A DNA stretch of 64,000 nt from Nitrosopumilus sp. GTDB taxonomy: Archaea; Thermoproteota; Nitrososphaeria; Nitrososphaerales; Nitrosopumilaceae. Every line of letters starts with the position of its first letter. Position 1 is the first letter of the stretch. The notes beneath the pieces were generated by a model, which was not told where the DNA came from, ran no database searches, and saw only the letters and a list, made by a program, of their open reading frames with translations. The stretch is taken from assembly GCA_965197525.1 (NCBI GenBank), contig OZ240211.1, positions 832,001 to 896,000 of the forward strand. The letters run 5' to 3'. A program made the position numbers and the translations under genes. Below are positions 9,868 to 20,599 of this stretch, piece by piece.

Positions 9868-11127
9868 TTAAACCTCTGTCATGCCACATATTAAATCATC
9901 TCTTGATAATCGTAATAGTTCATTTAGCTTGGCTACACGTTCACCCCCTACAACACCTACTTTGAGCATCTTGGAGTGTGTTGCAATGCCTATATGACAG
10001 ATTTGAGAGTCATTAGATTCGCCAGATCTATGGGATGTGATTAACCTAATATCATTTTGCGCTGCCTCATCTGCAAACTCCAAGGCGTCATAAAGACCGC
10101 CTGCTTGGTTAACCTTGAGAATTGCAGCGTTACAAGATTTAGCAGAGACTGCCTTCTTTAGGATGTCTTTGTTAGTTACTGTCAAGTCATCACCTGTTAT
10201 CATGGTATTAGGAAATCGCGATGTTAACTCGGCCATATCCTCAAACGCTTCCTCATGGACTGAGTCCTCAGCGTAAATCAGTTTAAACTGTTTGATAACA
10301 TCTGTTACAAAGTCAATCTGTTCTCCTGGAGTGTTCTCAAAGCCTGCTCTCTCGTAGACATATCGTCCTTTGTTTTCATTCCATTGTGTAGATGATGCAA
10401 AATCTACACCCAGAGATACCTCACGTCCTAAAGTATATCCAAGATTCTCACAGGCCTTAGCTGAGATCTCTAATGCCTGTTGATTGTTTAACTTTGGCGC
10501 CCATCCGCCTTCATCTCCTCTTCCGTTTGTAAAAGTAGGATCTGCTTTTTCTATAACTTTACGCAATTCTTTGTGCACAGATAGATTGACATCAATGGCA
10601 TCCTCAATTGTTTTAGAGCCTATTGCGCATATTAGTATCTCTTGAATATCAGGAGTTCCGGGACCTGCGTGTGCTCCACCACCTAAAATATTGCCCAGAG
10701 GGAATGGAAATTTGAAGGATGGTGATGATGATGATTTAGAAGAGATGGTCTTAAACAATGGTTGGTTTAATGCCTTTGATGCAGATTCTACAGATGCAAT
10801 ACTTACTGCAAATGCAAGAGATCCGCCGATACCTGAATAATTTTGAGTGTTGCCGTCTAGCTCTTTTAAGACGTCGTGCACTCCTTTGATATCAGACGGG
10901 TCAAGACCGATAAACTTGTGAGAGTTATCTTGTAATATTTGAAGACTTGTCTCAGGGGTATTGCAGCTATCAGGAAAACTAACTGCCTCATACTTTCCAA
11001 CACTAGCACCTGATGGTGCACATACACGTCCGAGGAATTGTCCATCTGAGATAATATCAACTTCAATTGTTTTGCTACCACGACTGTTGTATAGAATGTG
11101 TCCTGCAATCGAGGAGATTTTAGCCAA
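9868..11127 (-). CDS. eno: Enolase
   Basis: NSRGSKTIEV, PSGAS.G, GDEGG, ITSHRSGES and GERVAKLNELLR motifs. Confidence 0.93.
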   Translation of the reverse strand: MAKISSIAGHILYNSRGSKTIEVDIISDGQFLGRVCAPSGASVGKYEAVSFPDSCNTPETSLQILQDNSHKFIGLDPSDIKGVHDVLKELDGNTQNYSGIGGSLAFAVSIASVESASKALNQPLFKTISSKSSSSPSFKFPFPLGNILGGGAHAGPGTPDIQEILICAIGSKTIEDAIDVNLSVHKELRKVIEKADPTFTNGRGDEGGWAPKLNNQQALEISAKACENLGYTLGREVSLGVDFASSTQWNENKGRYVYERAGFENTPGEQIDFVTDVIKQFKLIYAEDSVHEEAFEDMAELTSRFPNTMITGDDLTVTNKDILKKAVSAKSCNAAILKVNQAGGLYDALEFADEAAQNDIRLITSHRSGESNDSQICHIGIATHSKMLKVGVVGGERVAKLNELLRLSRDDLICGMTEV

Positions 11128-11128
11128 G

Positions 11129-11383
11129 TTACTCTAACTCAGATTGAACTTCTTGCCTTCTCTTCTCAATTGCCTCGTAAAATGGTATTACTTGCTGTAT
11201 CGTCTCGATAGTAGTTAACAACATTCTTCTGCAACAATATCTATCAAACCCCAAGGAGTCAAGAATTTTGGAAGGATCCTCATTGTTAGTGAGTTTACTT
11301 TGATAATCGTCAAATTTATCAGCTATTAACTTTCCACATGTCAGACATCGAACAGGAATTAACACGTACAAAAATGTAATCAA
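11129..11383 (-). CDS. rpoN: DNA-directed RNA polymerase subunit N (Rpo10); true start probably a few codons in
   Basis: IPVRCLTCGK and RYCCRRML motifs. Confidence 0.95.
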   Translation of the reverse strand: MITFLYVLIPVRCLTCGKLIADKFDDYQSKLTNNEDPSKILDSLGFDRYCCRRMLLTTIETIQQVIPFYEAIEKRRQEVQSELE

Positions 11384-11415
11384 GGATTATAAAAACCATA
11401 CAAGCCAATTACAAT

Positions 11416-11500
11416 GCGGGCGTCGCCCAGCCTGGCCAAAGGCGCTAGCTTGAGGGGCTAGTCTCTCAGGAGTTCGTGGGTTCAAATCCCATCGCCCGCA
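11416..11500 (+). tRNA. tRNA-Leu(GAG)
   Basis: GCGGGCG/CGCCCGC acceptor stem, CTAGC-TTGAGGG-GCTAG anticodon arm, long variable arm, GTTCAAATC T loop. Confidence 0.93.
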
Positions 11501-12186
11501 TGAACTTGTTTAGATTCTAGCTTCTCCAAGATTTTAATCAAGTCTGCTCGTCGCTTCTCTTCTGTAATTACAGATCTGGTATCATCTACTAGAATTCTAT
11601 TAACGTCAATCTTCCTTCGAGCCTCTTTTACTATTTTGTCATACAGTGAAAAAGTATACAGTTGTAGATACAGACTCTCCATTATATCAAAGATTCTAGT
11701 AGCGTCATCAGTTTGACCCAATCTAATTTTATCAAATACTTGCCTCTTTAATTCACCTATGCAATCAAGCAACCCTAAAACATATGATTCAGGCATTACT
11801 GATAGTGCTGTATCAGAAGGTATCACCTTGTGTTCAACTATTGCAATCAGACATGACGCCTCTACAAACTCTTGTTCTGGAGTGACAAGATATCTATCTA
11901 GTCCTGGCGGGGTTTTTTTCCTATATCTTTTTAAGAGTATCTCTGCTTGTTTTAGAGTTTTCTTGGCAGTTGCAAAATCATCTTTATGAACTGCGATAAT
12001 GGATTTGCTACACAGAGTAATTATTTCACGAGTATTTTTGAGGAGAAACTCTCGTGCATCTTGGCGTTTGTTAAGAGATTTTGCGATTTTATTTAATGAC
12101 GGTTTTACATTTTTTAGTGTCATAGCAAACATAATGAAATACTGTGATAAATCCGTTTGCAAAATATTCGAATGTATAATGAGCAA
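11482..12186 (-). CDS. Translin/TRAX-family protein; true start probably MTLKN
   Basis: EQEFVEA and YVLGLLDCIGELKR motifs; the 3' end overlaps tRNA-Leu on the opposite strand. Confidence 0.8.
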   Translation of the reverse strand: MLIIHSNILQTDLSQYFIMFAMTLKNVKPSLNKIAKSLNKRQDAREFLLKNTREIITLCSKSIIAVHKDDFATAKKTLKQAEILLKRYRKKTPPGLDRYLVTPEQEFVEASCLIAIVEHKVIPSDTALSVMPESYVLGLLDCIGELKRQVFDKIRLGQTDDATRIFDIMESLYLQLYTFSLYDKIVKEARRKIDVNRILVDDTRSVITEEKRRADLIKILEKLESKQVHAGDGI

Positions 12187-12341
12187 AAAATAGATTGTTT
12201 AGCGTACTTTTTATCGTGACAGAGTGATTTTTGTCATTTGGTATTACTACATTACAGAGACAACATGTAAGAGTTAAAAATTTTGGATATTTGAGAGGAT
12301 AGCAATTACAATTAAAAATCAAATACAGCATCTAGTATGGA

Positions 12342-13688
12342 TTATAGGTTTTTTAGAAAATCACGAACGGAAGGTCGGTTAGACGAACTTGTATTAATTT
12401 GAGTAAGAGTCTTGGTTTTAACATTACCAAAAAAGGTTAGATCACGTGGGAATAATAGATCTATAAACCAACTGCTCCCAACGCGGAATTTTTTTTCAAA
12501 TAATGGCAATTTGCTTAAATAATAAGTTCTCCAAAGTACCCACGCAATAGATCCGCTATAGTCCATACCATGCATAAAAGCAACAGCTATCTTTCTACCC
12601 AATGTAGTCATTGTATATCGGGTCTTGAAATAAAACGGTTCAAGATTATCTTTATCATATATTTCAGAATGTAAATTATGTACAACTGTGGCACTCTCAC
12701 CAATGGAGTGCAGAGCGGTAGGCGGATAGGGTTTTCCATTCAAGGGGTCTATAATTAGCGCAGCATCACCTAATGCAAAGACATCTTTATGTTCAACCAG
12801 TCGAAGATACTGGTCAACTATAAGTTTAGAATTTTTATCGTGTATACAATCTATATCAGATACGACAGGAGGAATAACTGATCCGGTTACCCAGATTAAT
12901 GTCATGCATGGAATTATCGTACCATCAGTGAGTTTTACAAAATCTTCACCAGCATCAGATACCTTGACATTAGTCGATATGTTGACGCCTGCTTGAGACA
13001 AGAATTTACCAGCTTTTCTTCCAAGATTTTCGCCTAGTTCAGTCAGGATATAATCTCGGGACGCAATTAAATTCATAGAAATGTTTTCGCTATTAATATT
13101 AGGATAGAAACGTTTAGCAGAATCTCTAACAAATTGGTTTATCTCACCAATGGTTTCGCTACCTGCAAAACTCGCACCTGCAACAGTAAATGTCATTAAT
13201 TTTTTTTGAAAGGACTGATCGGATGTTTGAGATGCACTCTCAAGCATGTTGATCACGTGGCGGTTAATAGCCATAGCATCTTCTGCGGTCTTGATAGTAA
13301 ACGCATGTTTTTCGATATTCTCACTACCAAAGAAATTGACGATATTCCCCAAAGATAACACCAGATAGTCATACTCTAGTGCATGCACTTTGCCATCAAA
13401 TGCTCTAGTAATAGTAACTAGTTTTTCTTTTAAATTAATAGACGAGATAGTTGCATGATAAAATTCTGCTTGTTTACATAATTTGCGTATAGGAACAGTG
13501 ATATCATTTGGGTTAATAAGCCCAGAGGTAACTTGTGTCAGCATGGGAGTATAAACGAAATAGTTATCCTGACTTACAATACTGATTTTGATATTTGGGT
13601 CACGCTTGAATTTATTTTGTGCAAACTTTAGTATATTGATTCCGCCAAATCCACCACCTAGTATCAAAATTTTTTTGATTTTTGTCAT
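12342..13688 (-). CDS. FAD-dependent oxidoreductase, type II NADH dehydrogenase family
   Basis: ILGGGFGG, YDYLVLSLG, second Rossmann VAGASFAGSE, VFALGDAA and PPTA motifs. Confidence 0.85.
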   Translation of the reverse strand: MTKIKKILILGGGFGGINILKFAQNKFKRDPNIKISIVSQDNYFVYTPMLTQVTSGLINPNDITVPIRKLCKQAEFYHATISSINLKEKLVTITRAFDGKVHALEYDYLVLSLGNIVNFFGSENIEKHAFTIKTAEDAMAINRHVINMLESASQTSDQSFQKKLMTFTVAGASFAGSETIGEINQFVRDSAKRFYPNINSENISMNLIASRDYILTELGENLGRKAGKFLSQAGVNISTNVKVSDAGEDFVKLTDGTIIPCMTLIWVTGSVIPPVVSDIDCIHDKNSKLIVDQYLRLVEHKDVFALGDAALIIDPLNGKPYPPTALHSIGESATVVHNLHSEIYDKDNLEPFYFKTRYTMTTLGRKIAVAFMHGMDYSGSIAWVLWRTYYLSKLPLFEKKFRVGSSWFIDLLFPRDLTFFGNVKTKTLTQINTSSSNRPSVRDFLKNL

Positions 13689-13840
13689 AGCTGAATACCC
13701 ATCATATAACTATTAAACATATTACCGTATTTCAGATATGGTAAATTGATTATTTGCAGATTTTGTAGAAGGGTATTTGCGCCTAAATTTTACATCAACA
13801 ATCCAGTTACAACCACAGCAAGTGACTTTAATTAAATTGA

Positions 13841-13915
13841 TGGGCCCTCGAGGGGAATCGAACTCCTGTCCGAGGATCCACAATCCTCTATACTAACCAC
13901 TGTACTACGAAGGCC
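13841..13915 (-). tRNA. tRNA-His(GTG)
   Basis: Reverse complement: GGCCTTCGTAGTACAGTGGTTAGTATA GAGGA-TTGTGGA-TCCTC GGACAGGAGTTCGATTCCCCTCGAGGGCCCA. Confidence 0.92.
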
Positions 13916-14228
13916 ACAAAAGATAAGATCGTGTATCTAGTAATAATCTTTAAGATAAAAGGATATTTATCTAATAGACTGCAAGACCCATAGATACAAG
14001 ATTAGATTTATTATTAACTAAATAAAAGTGAAGATATGCGTTTATGGTGGGTTAGTATGGGAATAACTATAGCAATCACATGGGCTGGAATAAACTATAT
14101 GCTCCCATGGGTATAAGTGTCTCACTAAACAGTCAAAGATACAAGATGTTTTAGATGCCAGAGCAGGCAAGTATTTAAAAATACGAAAGCGATCGCTTTA
14201 AATTTGTTGTATAAGATAATTTTTCAAC

Positions 14229-15254
14229 TTGAAGAAAGGATTCATTACCAATAGGTTGCGGTCAAGCAAAAAGGCAGTAGAGGAGCCAATAACAAGCAAG
14301 ATAGAGACCATACAAGGTAAGAAATTTGTATGGATAGACCTACAGAATCCAGATAGGACGGATGTTGAAAAACTATCTGAAAAGTATAACTTTAACGCAT
14401 TAAACATCGAAGACTGCATGACAAAGTTTGAGCTGCCAAAATTGGACAGTTATGACGATCATTTCTTTGTAATTCTTCATTTTCCACCACTAGCCCAGAA
14501 GATAGGAATATCAAAAAATAGTCAACTATCTATATTTGTGGGAAACAATTTTCTAATCACAGTTCATCAGGGAGATCTTAACCCTCTAGTTGAGCTAGTA
14601 GACATTTGTAGAACAAATTCAGACAAAGATAGACGAGACAGATTATTAGGAAAATCCTCAGGATTGCTACTACATGAGATAATAGATGTGCTAGTAGATG
14701 ATCTTTTACACACATCAAGGAAGATAATTGCAAATCTAGATGAGATGGAAGATAAGGTGTTTGATGAAAAGAAACAGGTAGCCAGAAGTATCGCATTACT
14801 TAGAAGAGAGATCAATAGACTAAGAAGAATAGCAACGCCACTGAAGAGATTTGTATTGGAGATTGCAAAGAATGTAGAAAAACTCTCAGATAAAAAAGAT
14901 AAAGAACTCAAATTATACTACGATGACGTAATTGATCATATTGATAAAGTAATAGAGACGTTAGAGGAGTCACGTGAGACTATGGAAATTTACAAAGATA
15001 CCGACTTTGTGCTCAGTACTGAAAAGACAAACAAGGTACTTGCAGTACTTACTATGATCTTTACATTGGGCATACCTGCAACAGTGACCGGGACATTTTA
15101 CGGAATGAATGTTAATCTGCCTGGAGGAGCAAATGATAGCATCCCCTTGTTCTTGGGACCGTTTACAACCTTTATAATCGTGATTGCAGTATCTGCAGCG
15201 CTTGCGATTATCATGTTTGCATATTTTAGAAAGTTAGGATGGATTAACAACTAG
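14229..15254 (+). CDS. corA: CorA-family Mg/Co transporter
   Basis: WIDLQNP and PKLDSYD motifs; GTFYGMNV signature followed by two TM helices. Confidence 0.92.
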   Translation: MKKGFITNRLRSSKKAVEEPITSKIETIQGKKFVWIDLQNPDRTDVEKLSEKYNFNALNIEDCMTKFELPKLDSYDDHFFVILHFPPLAQKIGISKNSQLSIFVGNNFLITVHQGDLNPLVELVDICRTNSDKDRRDRLLGKSSGLLLHEIIDVLVDDLLHTSRKIIANLDEMEDKVFDEKKQVARSIALLRREINRLRRIATPLKRFVLEIAKNVEKLSDKKDKELKLYYDDVIDHIDKVIETLEESRETMEIYKDTDFVLSTEKTNKVLAVLTMIFTLGIPATVTGTFYGMNVNLPGGANDSIPLFLGPFTTFIIVIAVSAALAIIMFAYFRKLGWINN

Positions 15255-15259
15255 AAGCG

Positions 15260-16213
15260 TTATCTTGTTTCATGAAGGTTTATCTTTACTTTAGTCAAGG
15301 ATTGTTTTAATATATCAGGTATGACAACTAGAAGACCGGAATTTTGTTCCACATTCTCGCATACCCCATGAAAGCTCTGATGACCAGTGACATGGCATCC
15401 ATCTTGAGGGTAATAATAAAAGTTCTCAGAGTTAAGATAGTTATCAAGCTGGTTTGAGGATGGCACAAAGTAGACGTCAAACCAAGAATTTGGGTCATTA
15501 ATTGATATGGAATATTCATAGGATGTATCATCATCATCATCCTCATGCATAGTACAGATAGGGATAAACTGGGCATATGATGATGATGTAGTTGTTATCG
15601 GATCTTTGTGTTTGATTGTAGGGAAAATCGAGATATATGGATCATCATACAGTTGGGTACCTTGCATCAACGCAATTTTGTTGCGAGCGGCATCAACGGC
15701 ATATCTATACAATACAGGCTTCCAACTTGATTCGCAGTCACTGAATTCGTGTTTCAGTTCCACATATGCTTTGCCATGTTGATGTTGTAGTTGATTTGTA
15801 TTGTAAACTTGTAATGAGGATATGTCGAATGGATCTTCAAGACTGATATCACCATCAAGACTAGGAGAACCATCCCATACATTAGTTATATCAAATAGAA
15901 TATTTCCAGGGCGGCTGTTCCATTCTTCTTGTAGATGTACGTAGATGGAATATTTGTTTATGTCTTGATCGTATATCGAGTCAGATACAAGATGCCCGAA
16001 AAAAATATTTGATAGAATTAATACAAATGCAAGCACAGGAAGGACAAAATACAGAAGGGTTTTATGCTTCTTCTTCAACAGATAACAACAATTTACCATT
16101 ATCAAGTTAAAATTGTATTGGTACAAATCAACAATATAGCAAAATATGTGCGTTATCTGCACAGGCGTATGATTCAAACCGCGTATTCTGTTTATATGTT
16201 GTATTTTAGACAC
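15260..16213 (-). CDS. Conserved hypothetical membrane-anchored protein; true start likely downstream of 16213
   Basis: ORF track; single hydrophobic segment followed by a soluble domain. Confidence 0.55.
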   Translation of the reverse strand: MSKIQHINRIRGLNHTPVQITHIFCYIVDLYQYNFNLIMVNCCYLLKKKHKTLLYFVLPVLAFVLILSNIFFGHLVSDSIYDQDINKYSIYVHLQEEWNSRPGNILFDITNVWDGSPSLDGDISLEDPFDISSLQVYNTNQLQHQHGKAYVELKHEFSDCESSWKPVLYRYAVDAARNKIALMQGTQLYDDPYISIFPTIKHKDPITTTSSSYAQFIPICTMHEDDDDDTSYEYSISINDPNSWFDVYFVPSSNQLDNYLNSENFYYYPQDGCHVTGHQSFHGVCENVEQNSGLLVVIPDILKQSLTKVKINLHETR

Positions 16214-16358
16214 GTAACTGCCTTGTGTATTTTTGTTTTATGATATATTTAGATTTAGTATTTTGTTGTTTTACGAGAATACAGATATTCTCAAACACCG
16301 ATGTTTTGACTAGGAAAATAATTTTTTAAATACCAAATACAAGTTACCTGTTTTAGGA

Positions 16359-17225
16359 TTGAAATATGATATTACAAGTGAGCGTGAAGGAGTCGATATC
16401 CTGTGGAAAGGCACGGTAAGACTAAGTCAAAGCTTTATTGACTGCATGGACAGCAAGCCAGTAGTACAAGAAGGGGTAAAAATCTACACAATCTATGACT
16501 GTAAATTCGATAGAGAAGACAACGCCCAATTTGATAATCCTGACTTGCAGAAGAACTTTCCAAACAAGATAACTGTTGTTCTCAAGGGAGACAAAGTCAT
16601 GGAGTCAATGAGATGTTCTGCATTTACAATGCAGGAACACTTTGATACAAAAAGATTCACAAGATCAGTCAAAAGACAAAAAACGACAACCAAAGGGTTT
16701 GTACTAGAGCCATTACAGCAGCAGCAACAACAACCAACTACAACAGAGCACGATGCATATTTGTCCATGTTCCAATTTGATAACAAAAACTCTAGTAATC
16801 AAACAATAGTCCAATTTAACTCAATAGACCTCAAACCATCTCTAGTTGTAGAAAAGTTAGGTTGTGCTGCTTTTGCTTCCGGGTCACAGGGATCAAGCGT
16901 TACCTTTTCAAAAGATCCTAAAAAATCCGTAACCATCTTGTATGCGGCATCAGAACAGAGACCCTTTGTTGCAAGACTTGATACCAACCAAGATAGAAGA
17001 TGGATAGTCTGCAAAAGTAATGGAGAAGAGATAAAAATAGACGATCAGACGGAAGAACTGCAAACCCCAACAAAGAAACCTGACAATACACCTGGACTTG
17101 ATGAAGCGTTAAAAATTCTTAACACTAGACTTGCCAAGGGAGAGATTACAATTTACGAGTATGAGAACTTGAGACAAGTGATGGAAAATCGTACAGACAA
17201 GGCATCAACTAATTGGGGGGCATAG
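16359..17225 (+). CDS. Hypothetical protein with C-terminal SHOCT-like domain
   Basis: C-terminal ALKILNTRLAKGEITIYEYENLR matches the SHOCT pattern; poly-Q tract. Confidence 0.6.
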   Translation: MKYDITSEREGVDILWKGTVRLSQSFIDCMDSKPVVQEGVKIYTIYDCKFDREDNAQFDNPDLQKNFPNKITVVLKGDKVMESMRCSAFTMQEHFDTKRFTRSVKRQKTTTKGFVLEPLQQQQQQPTTTEHDAYLSMFQFDNKNSSNQTIVQFNSIDLKPSLVVEKLGCAAFASGSQGSSVTFSKDPKKSVTILYAASEQRPFVARLDTNQDRRWIVCKSNGEEIKIDDQTEELQTPTKKPDNTPGLDEALKILNTRLAKGEITIYEYENLRQVMENRTDKASTNWGA

Positions 17226-17484
17226 TCACAGGTCAAAGTACTCCTAAAACCAGACAGTACAAAAAACAGTTCTGGTAACTTGACGTAGTGTTCCCATTGA
17301 TACAGTATGCTATCTGCACAAAACATTACAAGAGAATTTGCGGTATCCCCAAAAACTAAATCGGTAATCTGACAAACTGATTTTGTGCATGAAATTTGGC
17401 TTTGATAAATGGGGTTTAGATTTTAGGCGTAAAACAGATTTTTTCCAAAAAATCATTAAATAATATATCTATCTATAGATATAC

Positions 17485-17721
17485 ATGGAACAAACCAGTA
17501 TCGCCGTATCAAAAAAGTCAAAAGAAGAGTGGGAGAAATTCAAGAACTATCCCGGTGAATCAATGGAGAAAATGATTAATCGAGTTCTAAAACACCAGAA
17601 AGAAGAGGATGAAGAACTACTTACAGAAAATGACATTGCTGAGATAAAAGCATCAGTTGCAGACATTGAACAAGGTCACTACATGACTCAAGAGCAGATG
17701 AAAAAAAAATACGGATTGTAA
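17485..17721 (+). CDS. Putative antitoxin (RelB-like) of a type II TA pair
   Basis: Small acidic protein (LTENDIAEIKASVADIEQG) immediately upstream of a RelE-like toxin. Confidence 0.7.
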   Translation: MEQTSIAVSKKSKEEWEKFKNYPGESMEKMINRVLKHQKEEDEELLTENDIAEIKASVADIEQGHYMTQEQMKKKYGL

Positions 17722-17722
17722 T

Positions 17723-17983
17723 TTGACAGTTGTTTGGAAGGTCATCTATTCTGGCAAAGCCCAAAAAGATCTGGATCACGTTGATCCAGACATTGCAAAA
17801 AAAGTAATCTTGTTGATGGATAAAATTGCATTGGATCCATATGGGTTACTTGAAAAGATGACAAACTCACCGTTTTACAAATTTCGTATTGGACAATATC
17901 GGGGGATTGTGCATGTCATAAACGACAAACTCATTTTGTATGTATTCAAAATAAAACGTCGCTCCCAAGTCTACAAAAAATGA
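17723..17983 (+). CDS. RelE/ParE-family toxin
   Basis: WKVIYSGKAQKDL, YKFRIGQYR and IKRRSQVY motifs. Confidence 0.82.
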   Translation: MTVVWKVIYSGKAQKDLDHVDPDIAKKVILLMDKIALDPYGLLEKMTNSPFYKFRIGQYRGIVHVINDKLILYVFKIKRRSQVYKK

Positions 17984-18256
17984 TTTTTACAATGTTACAT
18001 ATCATAATTGGGCCTTGTGCATAATTAACATTATAAAATTTTTTTAGCATTTCAGAACAAGATTAAACAAAAATAACATTACAATTCTCCTACAACGATG
18101 ATATGTAGTAACAGCTTGATTTTCCAAAATATCATTATAGAGTGGCGTCATCAAGTCTTTACAATTGATTTTCTGAACAGAACTCATCTAACAAGATGAA
18201 TTGATTATATGCCAAACATTATCTGAATATTGCAGAATGGTCAAGGCGCTAAAATT

Positions 18257-19612
18257 CTAATTATCAGGAATTTTATACCATGGTCTTCGAGGCATTAGAA
18301 CCCATTTCACAATAAGTGCAGTAATTACCAAGTAAATTGCGATTCCGATCGGCTCTATCCAGTTTTGATTGTTAGTGCCAGGGTCTATTCCCAAGAGAGG
18401 TTCTACGCCGTAGAAAAATATCATGCCTGCCATCAGAGGAGCCATTCCTACAAAGAATATCATAAGGGAGCCCGTATCTCGAAGTGCTCTTACCAGGTCC
18501 TTGTATGTCCCATGTGGTTTTTTCCATTTGCCTGGTCCGACCCATGTCTGCATTCCACTGACATACCAATACACCATACCTTGTAATATCATCGAGCCGA
18601 TGATATTGCCCAATGTGACTGGAACAAGATTTTTGAGCCACGCCTCTCCCCAAGTGTAATCACCGCCTGCCCATATTCCTGCAGACAATGCAAAGTGGTT
18701 CACTATACTGTGTTCAAATCCTATGGCAAAGAATAGTGATACAGGGATGCCAATCAAAAAGATCTTGGCTACCATATCTTGGGTTCTGTACGCCCCCCAC
18801 ACACCCATACCAATCATCCAATTTGCAAAAATCCCTCTAAAAAACAACTGATCCCATTCAAGTACATTAACTTTGGTATTGCCAATACCTGCCAGCAACT
18901 CCATAAGCGCAGAACCGGCATGGCCTGCTTGACCTGCGCCGATAACTATCATCCACGAGACTACAAATCCAGCTATCCAGTGTCCAGAATGAGTAATAGA
19001 CCATTGCCACAATACCTCTCGCCACTTGGCTTGACCACTCATCAGCGATATTCCAGCAGTCATATAATCACCTGTTACAAGATTAGAACCATAGATGATC
19101 ACAAGAGTAAGAGCAGAAAAACCAAACACTGCAAACATTAGGAATTTTCCAAGTCCCGGAGATAGATCCGGTGCTACCGTAGCCATTATCATCCATGAAA
19201 AAAAAGCTGCAAATGCAAGATAGCTCATGGATTGCCACCCCATAAGAATGCCCTGCGCGGGGTTTACCTTGGTTTTGGCAACTCCCATGTTACTTAGTGT
19301 CCTTATGGTATCTGGAATTCCAAACAATCCCGACATGATGCGCGGAGGTGGCAAGGCAGATGACGATGAGGATGAAGATGAAGAAGAGTCATTAGAATCT
19401 CCTGAGGAGTCAGAGTCATTAGTAGACCTGTCTTTTACAGTATCTTTTGATTCAGAGTCAGGTAAAGAGTCATGCGCATCGACATCATCAGATTCACTCA
19501 TCGTTGTGATAAATGTCATACAATTAATAAGCATTGAAGCGTTATACGCCAGTTCATAACCAACACTATACACTAAACACTGCTGCTGCCAAGTTTGGAG
19601 GCATAGCAGCAT
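18257..19612 (-). CDS. Formate/nitrite transporter (FNT) family protein with N- and C-terminal extensions; probable start MSESDD
   Basis: GSNLVTG, GIFANWMIGMG, GFEHSIVN and VTLGNIIG FNT motifs. Confidence 0.85.
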   Translation of the reverse strand: MLLCLQTWQQQCLVYSVGYELAYNASMLINCMTFITTMSESDDVDAHDSLPDSESKDTVKDRSTNDSDSSGDSNDSSSSSSSSSSALPPPRIMSGLFGIPDTIRTLSNMGVAKTKVNPAQGILMGWQSMSYLAFAAFFSWMIMATVAPDLSPGLGKFLMFAVFGFSALTLVIIYGSNLVTGDYMTAGISLMSGQAKWREVLWQWSITHSGHWIAGFVVSWMIVIGAGQAGHAGSALMELLAGIGNTKVNVLEWDQLFFRGIFANWMIGMGVWGAYRTQDMVAKIFLIGIPVSLFFAIGFEHSIVNHFALSAGIWAGGDYTWGEAWLKNLVPVTLGNIIGSMILQGMVYWYVSGMQTWVGPGKWKKPHGTYKDLVRALRDTGSLMIFFVGMAPLMAGMIFFYGVEPLLGIDPGTNNQNWIEPIGIAIYLVITALIVKWVLMPRRPWYKIPDN

Positions 19613-20559
19613 CTACGGGTAACAAATACAGAGAAGACTAAAGCAATAACAAGAATCATTACTCCTACGGTAAACTCAGGAATGACCAGAGTTCCAACAA
19701 CCTCTATGACATCTGAATCACCTATGTCATTGATAATTATGCGGTTGTTTAGTCGATCACTTATCACATGGAATGGTTTTTGCTTGCCATCTGCAAAAAC
19801 AGAATATGTACCGCCTAAAAGTTCGTCAGGGATTGTCACATGCATAAATGATGAACGAGTCTGCGCCTGTGCAAAATTTGGAGGTTTTTGCGATATTGTA
19901 ATCTTTTTTTCGTCCAGAATAAAATCCACATCTATTCTTTTTGTATCATAAAATGTTTCAATTAAAAATACACGATCATCAACTGTGACACGATGCTCGT
20001 TGTGAAAAAACACATCCAATGGCCCCCAGCAGAAAGGATCCAAGGAACATTCTGCTACTAGTTGACCTAGATTGCCGTTGTCTTGCCCTTGGGTAGCAGT
20101 TCTAAAAGTCCAATCCCTAAATGCATCAGAATCTACACCGTCAGGGAAACGTTGCCATGTCTTGTCATCTGCAATCACATCCCCTAATCCCATGATAACA
20201 TCCATCTGTCCTGCTGTTTTGTCTAACAGTATAATAGTAACATTATGTGTATTAATGAAATGTTGTGTGGGTTCCTCTTCTAGGAATACCAGATAATATT
20301 CTTCTGATTCAATCAGGGCACCCTCTGGAAAAGAGATAACAGTGGGAATGCGGATAGCATTGTTATGATATAAGTGTAATTCTATATTTTCCAAGGATGC
20401 CTGCAAAGTGTCAGGATTATACAACTCTATCCAGGGGGCATCTCCTTGAATCGGACCTAGTTCGACCTCATTGATAATGACATCGCCCATAACCTCAATG
20501 ACTGCGAGGGGAGTCAGAAACAAGACTAACACAAATAACAAGAGCATGTTATTCAACAA
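19573..20559 (-). CDS. Secreted lamin-tail-like domain protein with PEF-CTERM sorting signal
   Basis: Signal peptide; VIINEVE...WIELYNP; C-terminal IPEF + TM helix + RR. Confidence 0.78.
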   Translation of the reverse strand: MLNNMLLLFVLVLFLTPLAVIEVMGDVIINEVELGPIQGDAPWIELYNPDTLQASLENIELHLYHNNAIRIPTVISFPEGALIESEEYYLVFLEEEPTQHFINTHNVTIILLDKTAGQMDVIMGLGDVIADDKTWQRFPDGVDSDAFRDWTFRTATQGQDNGNLGQLVAECSLDPFCWGPLDVFFHNEHRVTVDDRVFLIETFYDTKRIDVDFILDEKKITISQKPPNFAQAQTRSSFMHVTIPDELLGGTYSVFADGKQKPFHVISDRLNNRIIINDIGDSDVIEVVGTLVIPEFTVGVMILVIALVFSVFVTRRCCYASKLGSSSV

Positions 20560-20599
20560 CTGTTTTACAAGATTATGTTAGTTAATTGCTTTGTTCAAG

